Below are positions 1 to 11,830 of a stretch of DNA of 64,000 bases, piece by piece. A program made the translations under genes and the position numbers. The stretch's first letter is position 1. Each line of letters opens with the position of its first letter. The stretch is from Carcharhinus amblyrhynchos (Eukaryota), in NCBI GenBank assembly GCA_965287045.1, contig OZ336886.1, forward strand, positions 29,202,001-29,266,000. The letters are read 5' to 3'. Under the pieces are notes generated by a model, which was not told where the DNA came from, ran no database searches, and saw only the letters and a program-made list of their open reading frames with translations.

Positions 1-319
1 ATTTTTTTTAACATGAGCTACATTTTTTATTTGCAAATTTTGTAAAGGACCAATTTACAACAATACAGCTCTACTACTTGATAGTTCAGAACTTTCAAAT
101 ATCTACAAACTACACCCAAATGTGAAAGCTGGTCAAATACATTCAATTGCATATTTCATTCCACCTTTCCTTATTCCAAAGAAGTTGGCAAATGTAATTG
201 TACACAAATAACAGGACCCATTGGGAAGGACACAGAAAAAACGCAAGTTCTAAAGACTTGCTTCCAATTAGAAATACACCATTTAATTACAAAACACAGG
301 AAATTACACAGTGAGTGGT

Positions 320-690
320 TTGGCCAGTGACAAGGGCCTGACATTTGGGGATGACAGGCACTGAAATCTGACCACTTCAACATAAAGCTACTTATCACCA
401 GAGGTTGTCTGGAAGGCTGACAATCTGATGGCACTGTCAGCTCAATTCATAATTAATATATATTTATCAAATTAATTACTGAAAAATTTGTGCCGCTGCT
501 TGCCATAAAAACAGTGGCTAAATTCATTGACTGTTGGCTCTGCTTACTCCTAATAACTGTGCTGTCAGTTTAATGAGTACGGTGAGTGGGCCCTGTTTGA
601 GTTGCATGACAGACAAATTGCTCTGCTATACAGAATGATACAGGTAAGTTAAGAGAAGAAAAGAAATATGTCATTGTCTGGTGACAGCCA
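320..690. promoter_or_regulatory. Candidate enhancer / conserved non-coding element with a TALE (Meis/Prep/TGIF) motif cluster
   Basis: TGACA/TGTCA at 328, 339, 352, 418, 435, 563, 607, 669 and 682, five of them full TGACAG/CTGTCA hexamers. Interleaved TAAT/ATTA homeodomain cores (e.g. 449-478). Largely free of recognisable TE. Confidence 0.45.
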
Positions 691-827
691 CAATCGTGCC
701 CTTGTCTTGGAAATTTTAGTATCAATTCTGAAATACATGAAAGAGTGGATGAGGAATGTTTGTAGAAATCTTTCAAATACTTTCTGGGTTTCTGACCAAA
801 GGTATATTTTCAAATGTCTATCCTTAC

Positions 828-958
828 TGTTTCTTTCGAAGGATTAAAATGGCTTTCATTGTCCCAGATGACAACGACAAATGCATTTCAATATATTTTA
901 CAAGATGGTATATAAGTTGTAGTGATGCTTCAACCAGCTTCATGGGACTATCAATGAT
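828..958 (-). CDS. Candidate internal coding exon of an unidentified minus-strand gene (IIDSPMKLVEASLQLIYHLVKYIEMHLSLSSGTMKAILILRKK, phase 0 to 2)
   Basis: Minus-strand acceptor ttttcacttttaatgttacag and donor CA|gtaagg. The exon is 131 nt with only one of three frames open, and the peptide looks helical and protein-like. Protein not recognised. Confidence 0.45.
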
Positions 959-2680
959 CTGTAACATTAAAAGTGAAAATGTTCTAACTATTGTCACAAT
1001 ACACAGAAGATTAATACAGTGACTTGATGCGCTACAAAGTCTTCAGATAGGTAGCTAAGATCAACCACCAGTGAACTCTCTGATCTTAGGGAGAGTTATC
1101 TGTGGAAGCAACAAGAAGAACTAGATTAGCTTTCATATACAAGGGAAGAGAGTAGACAGGAAAAATGAACCACAATTGATGCGGTCATCTCACATCTAGT
1201 TGCAGAACAACATTAGCAAAACATGGAAGCAATCCCTGTGTACCCTCCCTATTTATGCCCATGAAACTTTATTTGCATGCACGGAAAAGAGCACAAAATA
1301 AATTATCTCCTGGCCAAATATAAATTCAGGAAAGCTATGCAAATATATTTCTGTACCCGTGGCAATATTTTTTTCTTAGTGTCTGCTTCATTCAGTAGCA
1401 ACATTCTTACCTCTGAAATGAGAGTTTGCTGTTGGATTTTTGATATAAATTGTGAGGCATTATCTGACATCAACACCTCTTCCCAACCCGTAAATTGCAA
1501 ACTAACTTCTCAAAACCTCAACAGCTTTGACACTTACGGTATTTGGCACAGACTCAACATTTATCAACCTAGCTACCAATCTAAACAGAGTATTCTTTCC
1601 TTTCTACTTCAAAAAAATCAACATGCGCTCATTTCCAGTTTTCTGTGTTTGACCAGAGAATGAAAAGAACCGTGGTTGGATATTTTCTCATTCTAAGATA
1701 TACTTTATTACATTTCACCAACTCTTCAATATCATTGTCTACCTTTGGAAATCAAAAATAGTTTCTTGTACTGCTTTCATATGGACTATTCTGTATGCTC
1801 ATGATGAAGTTTCTCTAACAATCTCTCTCTAAACCTTGGTGGAAAAATGACAGTCAAACCCTACAGGAGGCAGTCTTGACCAACATTCAGATCATTTCTG
1901 TCTGGGAAATTCTCATACAATTTCTCATCATCACACTCTTTAGGCCATCCTTTCGTAACATTATTGAGTACTTTGCTGAGCACCATATCCTTGTGCTTTT
2001 CTTCACTGATTTATCTGGTAGAGACTGGCATGTTTTTTGTATATGTTAAATAATTCATGCATAACTTAATGGCTAGAAATGAATCAGTTTTCACGGGAAA
2101 TCTGGAAAGAATGCTCACATTTGCATGATCTGAGGACTTAACATTTTTCATATTGTACTGCTGGGCCATCAAAACCAACACCCAACCTCTTAATCTTTAC
2201 TGCCACTAGAGATGGTCCTCCCTCAGTGGGATTTTCCTAATTGCTTGATCCTATTCCTAGATCTTATGGTCATTTTGTCACATGTAATTGCTAACACCTC
2301 TTTCTCAACTTGTAAATAATTTTCATCTAATTAATGTTAAAATATGTTGTAAGCTACAGATTTCGCCACGCATTCCTAATTGACATCCCTTCACAAGCAT
2401 CATCTTCATTTCCTCTTGCCGGCAAAAGCATAAGTACCATTTTATGCTATGAAATTTTAATCATCTTTCTTTGTACCTATCCATGTAAGCTCCAAATATA
2501 CTTTCTGTTTTTGTCAAATTTTTGCCTTTAAAATATATACCAGCATTTTGTGACCCATAACCTCACCCAACAGTAACACTTATTGGGAAACATTTGACAC
2601 ATTATTTATGATTTGTTTCTCCATTGAAAGGAATTAGTCAAAACTTTCATTGTCCATCAGAATTATTAAAAAGAAACAAA

Positions 2681-2969
2681 GGCAGCATGATGGCACAGTG
2701 GTTAACACTGATGTCTCACAGTGCCAGGGACCCAGGTTCAATTCCTGGCTTGGGTCACTGTCTGTGTGGAGTCTGCATGTTCTCCCCATGTCTGTATACC
2801 CAGGGTTTCCTCTGGGTGCTCCAGTTTCCTTTCACAGTCCGAAAGACGTGCTGGTTAGGTGCGCTGATCCGAACAGGCACTGGAATATGACAAGAACAGG
2901 AATTTCACAGTAACTTCATTGCAATGTAAGGAAAGCCTTACTTGTGACTGATAAATAAACTTTAACTTT
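2681..2969 (+). mobile_element. tRNA-derived V-SINE with a non-HE1 (Rex1-like) tail
   Basis: A box tggcacagtgg, B box ggttcaattcc, V-domain (ctgtgtggagtctgcatgttctcccc...gggtttcctctgggtgctccagtttcc), and tail ending tacttgtgactgataaataaactttaacttt. Confidence 0.9.
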
Positions 2970-3352
2970 CATGCAGTTTTTTTTTACCTAATCTGAAATT
3001 GAGCATTTATAAATATTTACCGATCTATAAATTTCCCTCGACATCAATGAATATAAGTGACTTCAAAATGTTTGGAGCAATGAAGCTTTGTAAGTTTGAA
3101 GGAACGTGCCAGGATAAACACAGATCAACCTTCGCAGCAGATAATAAATACATTGCACGTTACATAATATAACATGACATTAAAACAACATATAATCCAA
3201 TTTACCACGAGCAATTCAGGGGAGGACATCTGGTTTTACATCATAGACGCACAAGTTATAATTTCAATTTATTTTACAACTAAAGCATAATTAAGACATT
3301 ATCTAATTACTTTATGTGAGCCCTTGCTGTACATAGTTATGGCATTTCTGAA

Positions 3353-3470
3353 ACAGAAAAGCACTGGAAAATCTCAGCAAGTCTGACAGCAACTGTGGAG
3401 ACAGAATAGAGCCAATGTTTTGAGTTTGAATGACCCTTCATCGGAGCATCCGTGGTATTTTGCTTTTATA
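3353..3470 (-). mobile_element. Short Penelope-like (PLE) terminal fragment with a 16-bp target-site duplication
   Basis: ttatggcatttctgaa is directly repeated at 3337-3352 and 3471-3486. The interior resembles shark PLE termini and carries a degenerate hammerhead core on the minus strand. Confidence 0.65.
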
Positions 3471-4079
3471 TTATGGCATTTCTGAACATACAGCAGCAAC
3501 TATGGGGGGAGTTTTACATGACCAAAGTGGCATTGCCTTGATCCTGCAGAAACAAATCTGACATGATGATATCAGGTTACAATTGCAATAATGTGGTAGG
3601 TGGTCGGGCTCTGAAATCAGTAGCCCATCCACCATTTTACAGTTAGTACTTAAACCCTAATTAAGGTACTAAACAGCCAACTGACTGCCTTAAAACATTG
3701 CCATGCTGTAATAAAGTGGATGCATGGGAATTATGACCAGTGGAAATCATGTTTTTTGTTCAGTGATTGATGAGAAAGTGAATATAAGAGTGGAGAGTCT
3801 ATGTCTGACTTTAGTGGGAGAGGCTCTAAAAGTTAATTATTTGGAAAAATGTTGCTGTGCAATAAACTTCTGATCAGATCCAGGGCTTTTCCTTATGGGA
3901 GGGTCCAAAAAGTTGGTGCTGTGGTCATCTTTGAGCACTGCACCATTTGTTGTGTGAAATGGTGCCCCCTCATCGGTATTCTGTGGGAGGCACCTCCTCC
4001 ACTGAGGAAGAGCAGAGGAGGAGATGGTGAACCATGAAGCCAACTGGGCATGGTGATATGAGTTGCATGAAGGCAGTGG

Positions 4080-4950
4080 CAGGGAACCCACAGACATAGC
4101 AGATGAAGGCTGAACCCTGCTAACCGGATTTACAGAATCTGAATATCATACCTGCAGATAATGAAGCAGCAGTGTCGCCAGAGACTTCGCCTTTTAGAAG
4201 AAACTATCACATCCCTATGTGACATACTGGAGACTAAGATAGCCTTCAATTTTGTGAGTGGCCACCTGATGCTTGTGACCTTAAAAATGACAGTTGCCTT
4301 AAACATCTTTGCCTTCAGCTTACTCCACTTGTGGAGACTTCATTGCATTCATCCAGCCTGCAAGACATCCATGTATAAAGATCTTCACTGATGCCATATT
4401 TGGATATGCACATCCACATCTTTCCTTTTACAACAGACACCAATAGTCAAGTGGAAGAGTCAGAGGCGATATATCCATGGCTGGTTTCCCAAGGGTACAA
4501 GAGGTCAGTGAATGTACCCATTTAGTTATCATTGCACTGGCAGAGAAGATTGGGGCTTTCATCAACTACAAGGGACATCACTACATAAGTGTGCAGATTA
4601 TGAGTGAACAAATAAAAGAATCATACATGTGTATGCAAACCATCATGGATATATCCTCAGACACTCTCAGGGATGTTTATAGGGCAGGATGCTTTGGATG
4701 AATGATTATTCAGAGACAAAGGCTAACCCCTGAAGAAATAGCTGATGACTACAGTACAGAGTACAAGGTAGAGCCTGAGCATCATTACAATAAAAGCCAT
4801 GCAGTGACTAGGACAATCACTGAGCAGACCACTGCTTTGCTCAAGGTGACGTACTGATGCCTTGATAGATCAGGTGGATTGCTCCAGTATGCAACAGCTA
4901 GAATCTCCCTCGTGACCATAATCTGTTGCATACTGCATTATTGGTTCTCT
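4080..4950 (+). pseudogene. PIF/Harbinger (HARBI1-like) DDE transposase relic within an element spanning about 3500-5590
   Basis: Frameshifted motifs QQCRQRLRL, LKMTVALNIFA, AGFPRVQ..ECTH, FINYKGHHYISVQ, DKG*PLKK*LMT and TRTITEQT..LK..CLDRSGGLLQY match the Harbinger transposase consensus. Confidence 0.85.
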
Positions 4951-5594
4951 AGAGAGGAGAAAACCTATCGGGGAGGAATTTAGGGGGTAGGCTAGACCTC
5001 CAATGAGAAAGAAGAATATAAGCTACAGCATGCAACTGTTGAAACCAATCCCAGGGAGGGTTTGGATGCCTGTGACACACAAGAAGCTCTGATCATCATA
5101 AAATTCCATTAGCTGAGTTTCTTCAACTTAATATCACCTTCATGGTCATCAGCACCTTTTCTGCTATACTCATAACATGGATACCAGTATTGAGTATCGG
5201 CAATGTTACTTAGCCAAAAAACATCAGTCAGAAGGATGAACATAATCACATAAGAGCATCAAACAAATCTATATTCATACATTCACGCAGACATAATGAA
5301 GTAATTGGAAAATGACAATTATTTATATACACAACTCATATCAATGTCCAAATCTTACAAATAAAAAGACTTGACTAATGTTTTCTTGATTGTTTTCTGG
5401 GTGCTGCAGCGTAGTCCTTCCTTCTCATTGCCAGTTAGGGTGGAAACAAGCTGCTGACAGTTATGCCTTCTTCCCAGGGAAGATTTGGGTCCTCTGGTTG
5501 ACGAAGGATGGGCTGACCCTGGCATAGTGGGAGTCTATTGTGGACTGACATGTGGCTCACCAGTCACCATGACAGTCAGGGACGTCTCTCTTCA

Positions 5595-6050
5595 AAGACA
5601 GTTCTGCCAATTATAGAACAATCTGGTGAACCTTTGTTGCCCCCCTCTCAGGCAATAATATCCTTCCTGAGGTAAGGGGACAAAAACCACACACAGTACT
5701 CTAAGTACTTGCAGCCTAACCCAGATTCTCTGAAGCAAGGCCTCATTACTCTTGTACTCAAATCGTTTTGCAATGAAGATTAACATTCCATTAGCCTTCC
5801 TAATAGCTTGCTGCACCTGCATGTCAGCCTTTAGTAACTTGTGGACGAGGACACCCACGTCTCTTTGTATATCTGCCCTTTTTAATTTCTTACCATTTCT
5901 ACCAAATTAGATTACCTCATTTTTTTCACATTATATTCTATCTGCCATGTTCTTACCCACGCATTAAATCCTTAAGTCTTTCTAAATCTTCCAGTAGCCG
6001 CTTTACATCTTTCTCACAACACACATTCCCGTCTGTCTTTGTGACTACAG
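5595..6050 (-). mobile_element. CR1 LINE ORF2 (RT C-terminal) fragment
   Basis: ORF 5592-5858 GVLVHKLLKADMQVQQAIRKANGMLIFIAKRFEYKS is typical CR1 ORF2. Confidence 0.85.
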
Positions 6051-6742
6051 TTTAGTCTATTCCTAAGGTTCAAGAATCTAGCAACTGATGATAAGGTTAA
6101 TAAAATACATAAAAGCAAAAGTGAAGTAGATAATTGAATAAAATGATTGAATACTTATTAGAACACATTAAGGATGGCAGGACAGTTGATATGTCACATT
6201 TGCAGCATGTGGCAGCTCCTGGATGTCAGTTTGATCCAGGTGGAGAGGGTTAAAAATCACATAAGCTGAAAGCTGCTAGACTCAGTCCACATAGGGAAAG
6301 CTATGAGAAAACAACATACCTTGATTAAAGCAGACCCAGGTAAGCGTAAAGGACCATAAAATTCCTAGTTACAAGGGAGTACTCAGTCTTATAGCATACA
6401 TACAAGACTGCCATTGAATTATGTGCAGCTGCAGCTTCTAGTGTCTGTTCTAAATGGAGACATTGGCTCAGGGGAGTTGATATACAACTGGTTAAAAAGA
6501 TAACTTCATAATTGTGCAGAAAGAAATACGTACTTGGTGATATAATTAGGTAGATGTGCACAAGTTGTAATTAGACAACTATACCTCATGTTTTACATGA
6601 TGTTGAGTGGATATCGAGATAATATTTATGCGAATGTACATCTTTGATTGGTATATGTTTATTTTTTATAAACGGATCTTAACTATAAATGTCTGTATAA
6701 TTCTGGATAGGGGCTCTCCCTGGTGAATCACTGGGGCTAGCC

Positions 6743-7005
6743 TGTAATAAGTCTTCAGAGGCATAAGTCCCTTCAACAAAATCCCTTTATTTACAATTCC
6801 AACAGTAGTACAAGAGTGCTATCAGTCAGCAGTCTACCTTCGGGGGTGCCAAAGGGACTGACTCTCCCGGTTAAATATAAGGAAAAGACTTCCTGATTGG
6901 CCCATGAATTGACTCCTTAGTCAGGGAACTCATATCCTGGACTCCTTAATCAGGGAGTTCATATTCCAATAGGCCAACCTCAATGGCCTAATTGAAGTCA
7001 TTACA
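6743..7005 (-). mobile_element. Solo LTR (263 bp)
   Basis: Inverted termini TGTAAT...ATTACA, minus-strand AATAAA, and partly matching 5-bp flanks (tagcc / cagca). Confidence 0.65.
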
Positions 7006-7099
7006 CAGCACATATTACAGTTCTGAAACTCTAAGAAGCTTTATCTGGTTTTCTCAAGAGTGAGAATGAAGTACACTCTTGGCGAATAGCTGTTTCTTT

Positions 7100-7925
7100 T
7101 TCTCCCTAACACAGGACAATTGTTAGAAGATCAAGCAGCTTCAGCTCAGAGTTTATGAGCTGAAGACTGAACTGTGATGCATCAGAGAAGGGGAATGTAC
7201 CTGGATTTTTTGTACCAGGAGACAGTCACACCTCTGAGGACAGGGTCTTCTGCTTTGGTCAGTGGTCAGGGAGAGGAGAGTGTGAGTAAGGCAGGCAAGG
7301 AGACTGAGAAGTCAGGAGCAGAGGAGCCTTAGCTTTTACAATGTCCAGCAGATTTGGATAAAGTTGGGGCTGAACGCTGAAAGAGTGAACTAGTACAGGA
7401 AGCCGTTCAAGTTGAGGGAGCAAAATGAAATGTAGTGGTAATAGCAGATAAAACTGTCAGAGGGATTGATACTGATCTCTGCAGCAAAGAGCATGAGTTG
7501 TGATGTCCATGATGCCTGCCCAGAGCTAGGTTTGGAGTACTTACTCTGGGCTGGAGAGGAACTTGCAATAGAAAGGGAAGATTCAGTTGTCATGGTCCCT
7601 GTAGGTATCAATGACATAAGCAGGACAAAGAATGAGGTTCTGCATAGTCAGTATGAGGTGCTTGGCACCAAATTAAGAAGCAGAGTTTCAAAAAGTCATT
7701 ATTTCGGAATTATTAGCTGAGCCAAATGCAAATTGACATTAGGCAAATCTAATTAGAGAGGCAAATGCATGGCTCAAAGACTGATGTGGGGCAAGAGGGC
7801 TCTGGTTCATGAGGCACTGGCACTAGTACTGGGGAAATTGAGACTTTTACCATTGGGATCATTAACACCCAAATCATGCTGGGGCATAGCTAGGGAAGTA
7901 GAGAGGATTTTAAACTAAATAGTGG
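7100..7925 (+). mobile_element. Old CR1 LINE ORF1 (SGNH esterase domain) relic; 5' remnant at about 6180-6320
   Basis: VVMVPVGINDISRTKNEVLHSQYEVLGTKLRSRVSK resembles the CR1 ORF1 esterase block (VVVHIGTNDIG...). Ends at the typical ttaaactaa ORF1 stop region. Confidence 0.8.
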
Positions 7926-7928
7926 GGA

Positions 7929-8574
7929 CCTTCATAGCGAGGGGGATTGAATATAAAAGTAGGGAGGTCTTGCTGCAGCTGTATAGGGCATTGGTGAGGC
8001 CGCAGCTGGAGTACTGTGTGCAGTTTTGGGCGCCGCACCTGCGCAAGGATATTTTGGCCCTGGAGGGAGTGCAGAGGAGGTTTACTAGGCTGATACCGGA
8101 GTTGAGGGGATTGAGCTATGAGGAGAGGCTGAATAAACTAGGCTTGTACTCGTTAGAGTTTAGAAGAATGAGGGGAGATCTCATTGAGACGTATAAGATG
8201 ATGAATGGGATGGATAGGATAGAGGTGGAGAGACTCTTCCCGCTCAAAAAAGACAGTAGGACTAGGGGGCACAGCCTCAAGATAAAGGGGAGGCAGTTTA
8301 GAACGGAGTTGAGGAGGAACTTCTTCACTCAAAGGGTGGTGAATCTCTGGAATTCTCTGCCCGTTGAAGTGGTGGAGGCTGCCTCGCTAAATATTTTTAA
8401 GAAGCGGGTTGATGGGTTCTTGATAAGAGAGGGGATTAAGGGTTATGGGGAGAGGGCGGGAAAGTGGAACTGAGCCACAACAGATCAGCCATGATCTTAT
8501 TGAATGGCGGGGCAGGCTCGAAGGGCCAGATGGCCTACTCCTGCTCCTATTTCTTATGTTCTTATGTTCTTATG
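7929..8574 (+). mobile_element. Young 5'-truncated CR1 (HER1-like) LINE with an open ORF2 C-terminus, nested in an older CR1
   Basis: Uninterrupted ORF 7922-8473 (LYRALVRPQLEYCVQFWAPHLRKDILALEGVQRRFTRLIP...FFTQRVVNLWNSLP), retained CpGs, CR1 3'UTR and a (ttcttatg)n tail. Confidence 0.95.
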
Positions 8575-9415
8575 ACTCGGGATCAAGTTTGGGAAGATGT
8601 AAAAATGAAAGAGCAGAGACAAGCAAAAGAGAAAGGTATTGTTGCGGGAAAAGAAAAACAGACCATGGCAGGGAGAGATAGAGAGCACAAATCTAACAGT
8701 AAATCCAAGGATAAGACTAGAGATTATAAAGAGAATAACACTAAAAGCTCTGTATTTGAATGCATGTTGTATCTGAAACAAAACAGACAAACTGAGAATG
8801 AACATCGAAATAAATAAGTGTGATTTGGTAGCCATTATGGAGACACGACTGCGGGAGGAAATGCACTGGGATGTGAATATTGATGGCTACAGGATGTTTA
8901 GGAAGGGCAGGAAATGAAGAAAGGTGGAAGGGGATCCTGTTAGTTAATGATGACATTAGCTCAATAGAGAATGATGACCTAAGTTCAGGAAGCCAGGATG
9001 TGGAAATGGTTTGGGTAAAGATGGGAAATAGTTAAAGAAGTCACTTACAGAAACTAGAAGCAGGAGCAGGCCATTCGGCCTTTTGAGCCTGCTCTGCCAT
9101 TTATTTTGTTCATGACTGATCATTGAATTCAATATCCTGATCCCTCCTTCTCCCCATATCCCTTAATCCCTTTAGCTCCAAGAGCTATATCTAATTTCTT
9201 CTTGAAATCATACAACATTTTAGCCTCAACTACATCCTGTGGTAGTGAATTCCATATGTTCACCACCCTCTGGGTGAAGAAATTTATCCTTACCTGAGTT
9301 CTAAAACGTTTACCCTTTATAGGCGGGAGCTATGCACAGGTCCCCAAACAGTAATCATACAGCAGCATGGAGCAAAATGGTAGGAATAATTGGAGCTGGT
9401 CAGAATGGTGATAAA
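8575..9415 (+). mobile_element. Continuation of the old CR1 (ORF2 AP-endonuclease start), interrupted at about 9048-9320
   Basis: aaagctctgtatttgaatgca (LYLNA), gatttggtagccattatggagac (DLVAIMET), and cacaggtccccaaacagt (YRPPNS-like). Confidence 0.75.
9048..9320 (-). mobile_element. CR1 3' end fragment
   Basis: agaaactagaagcaggagcaggccattcggcc is the reverse complement of a CR1 3'UTR, followed by an RVVN.WNSLP-coding region. Same subfamily as 26930-27395. Confidence 0.85.
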
Positions 9416-9818
9416 TGTAGGAGATATAGGCCAGGAAAGTCAAGACTGCATGGGGGTGGCAGGAGGTGTAATCCTGGAGGAGAGGAAAGGAAAAAATTTG
9501 TTCCAGCTAGGGGAAAGTGAGGGGGGTGGCAATAAAATGAAGCAGGGCATGGGGCCCCACTAACTGTAAATCCACACTGTACTCAATTCAATATTTGAGA
9601 AGAGCTGGTTCTCTTTTCATCTCTTATCTATCATTGAGGCTATCACTGGTGTAAAACTCATAGATATGAACTGCACCTTCCCAACTTCACAAGAGTGAGA
9701 GAACAGTGGAACATGATTCACTACTCACATCCTGTGGAAGAATCAATTCAGAATCCTTTAGTACAGGAATTGCAGGAACAGAAGTCTAATATACGGTGCT
9801 TCATTGACATGACATAAA

Positions 9819-9953
9819 GGGCTGGATTCCTGACCTTGTTCACTGCTGGGATTCTCTAGTCCTACTGCTGGGAGTGGAGATTTGGCTGAACGCCAAATTC
9901 TCTGTTCTTGCTGGCAGCAGCAGTGGGGCGTGAACTGCCAGAGAATTCCAGCC
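9819..9953. mobile_element. Short Harbinger-type MITE
   Basis: Inverted termini gggctggattc ... gaattccagcc with A/T-rich flanks. Confidence 0.65.
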
Positions 9954-11045
9954 AATACCTACAAGGTTGAAAATAAAAAATATACTTTTCCCAATTTTTC
10001 ACATAATTAAAATATATTTTATTATCTTCAAAAATGAAGTTGTGCTCTATCTACTGTTTGTACATTTAGGAAGCAGAAATGACACAATAATGATTGTTAG
10101 AAACTCTATATCACAATTATTTTTGAATTAGAAATGTTAGAAATATTTGAAAATGGAAAATTATCAACATAGATGTTGATATTTAGCCATTCCTATGGAT
10201 AGTGTTGCAGCTGAAACAAGAAATTTTAGCTCCTGCTGACACATTCTGTGAGCTTTTGTCTGTTTTCGTTGAGAGAAAGAGGGACGTGCAACACAGTAGT
10301 AGTTTTCATCCTTTCGTCATTGAGCAATAACACCCAGAGTGAACCATACTTATATTCTTCCCAGAATAAACAGGCAGAAGACTTACACAAGAAAAAATAG
10401 CAAAATAAAAAAATCTAATTTTTCACATAAACTCTGCTGACAAATTTTGCAAACAAAAGATGTCCATCTGGGGAGTAAAGAGTTTTCACCTTGTCCTATG
10501 GAGCCTCAATAATCAGAGAGTACCAGAACCTGTGTAACCATAAGGTAAAAGTGATGGGTAAAAATACTTATTTTTTTGAATATTTTGTTGAGTTTGCTAT
10601 TAATTAAAAATTCAGAACTGAAGTTACTGATTAGAATAGGGCTTTTTATCAGTCGCTGAGTGTGGGTGGTGTTTGTGCAGAAGCTGGAAGTGGGAGTGGG
10701 AATACAATTTGATGCTGAGCTCAAACACTGCAGCCTGAGTCAGTCAGGCTGGCACCACAGTGAACAACCAATAATTCAATGTGCTAATCATCACTGACTT
10801 GATGATGAGAAAAACTTCTCTACTGCAGTGCTACACTACGTGAAGATGGAGAGAGGATGACATCATTTCGGATCATGTAAGTAACTGACGGGGAAGTTGA
10901 TGAGGAAGGAGAGAAGAACAAACAGATAAAAATAGCTGCACATTAATAAATCCAGAAAATGCCTCAAGTGAACAAAACATGCATTACTTAAATAACCAAG
11001 AACAACAGGCTTGGAGAAAGCTTGAACAAAGTTATTTAGAATCAT

Positions 11046-11830
11046 AGGGCTGAATATTGGTGGATTGAGGTTTCACCAGAATTTCAAATGCCAAAAAACT
11101 GGACCAGTAACTGATTCCCACCCACTTTTAGCTTTACCGCAGATTAGAGAGGACAACCAGTTCTCTCACAGGAAGGATTTTGCTCACTTAACTATTACAG
11201 TGAGGCTGTTGCCTGAGTAGTCATTCTATTTTTAATTACATGTGGACAGGTTTACCAAGCCCAAGGAGCAGCTTAAAGGTGGGAAAGGCTAAATACCCAT
11301 TGTGTTTAGAGCACTGCTTGTGGGTCAGGAAGAGCAAGATTACTTCCTCCAGACTCAATATTCTATCCAATAAACCACCTCACCCCCAATGTCCTGTTCA
11401 ATCCCCAAATCTGACTGCTCCCACCCACTTCAGCAAAATCAGGACCCCCAAGACCACCATACGACCCTCCATTGTGATTGGGATTGTCAATCACTACTGG
11501 CCACTCCAAGTAATTGGGAACATCAGCCCTGCAATTTGGACCATCTCTCATGATTCAGGAACCTCCAGGCATTCAGAAAGCCATGTCCTGCAATCGGGGC
11601 TTTTGCCTCACAATCTGGATTCCCCTCAACAACCCCCAAAAATCTTCCTCAATCCACCTGGTTTCATAGACTTCAGCCCTGCATAGGTTTATCATCCAAA
11701 TCTGACTGTCAGTGAAGATAAATTTAAACCAGCCTACAGTTAAATTCTATGGGACATGTGGGAAACCCTTTCTTCTGAGATTCCCAACCTCACGAAAGCA
11801 CTTCCCCCCACTGCTTGCAAAGAACTCACT
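11046..11830. mobile_element. Non-autonomous Harbinger-like element (degraded)
   Basis: Starts with the gggctgaat TIR-like motif shared with other copies in the window. C-rich interior. Right end uncertain. Confidence 0.45.

Noticed and set aside
756-1022. 88-aa plus-strand ORF
   Set aside because: It is the antisense shadow of the better-supported minus-strand candidate exon 828-958.
2681-2750. tRNA genes at SINE heads (also about 16490-16562, 22030-22097 and 60520)
   Set aside because: A and B boxes run into SINE bodies, with no acceptor stem or terminator.
4080-4950. Domesticated HARBI1 gene
   Set aside because: Multiple stops and frameshifts, and several equally decayed paralogs in the window.
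7922-8473. 183-aa ORF as a host gene
   Set aside because: It is the C-terminus of CR1 ORF2 in a 5'-truncated insertion, with no genuine start codon.
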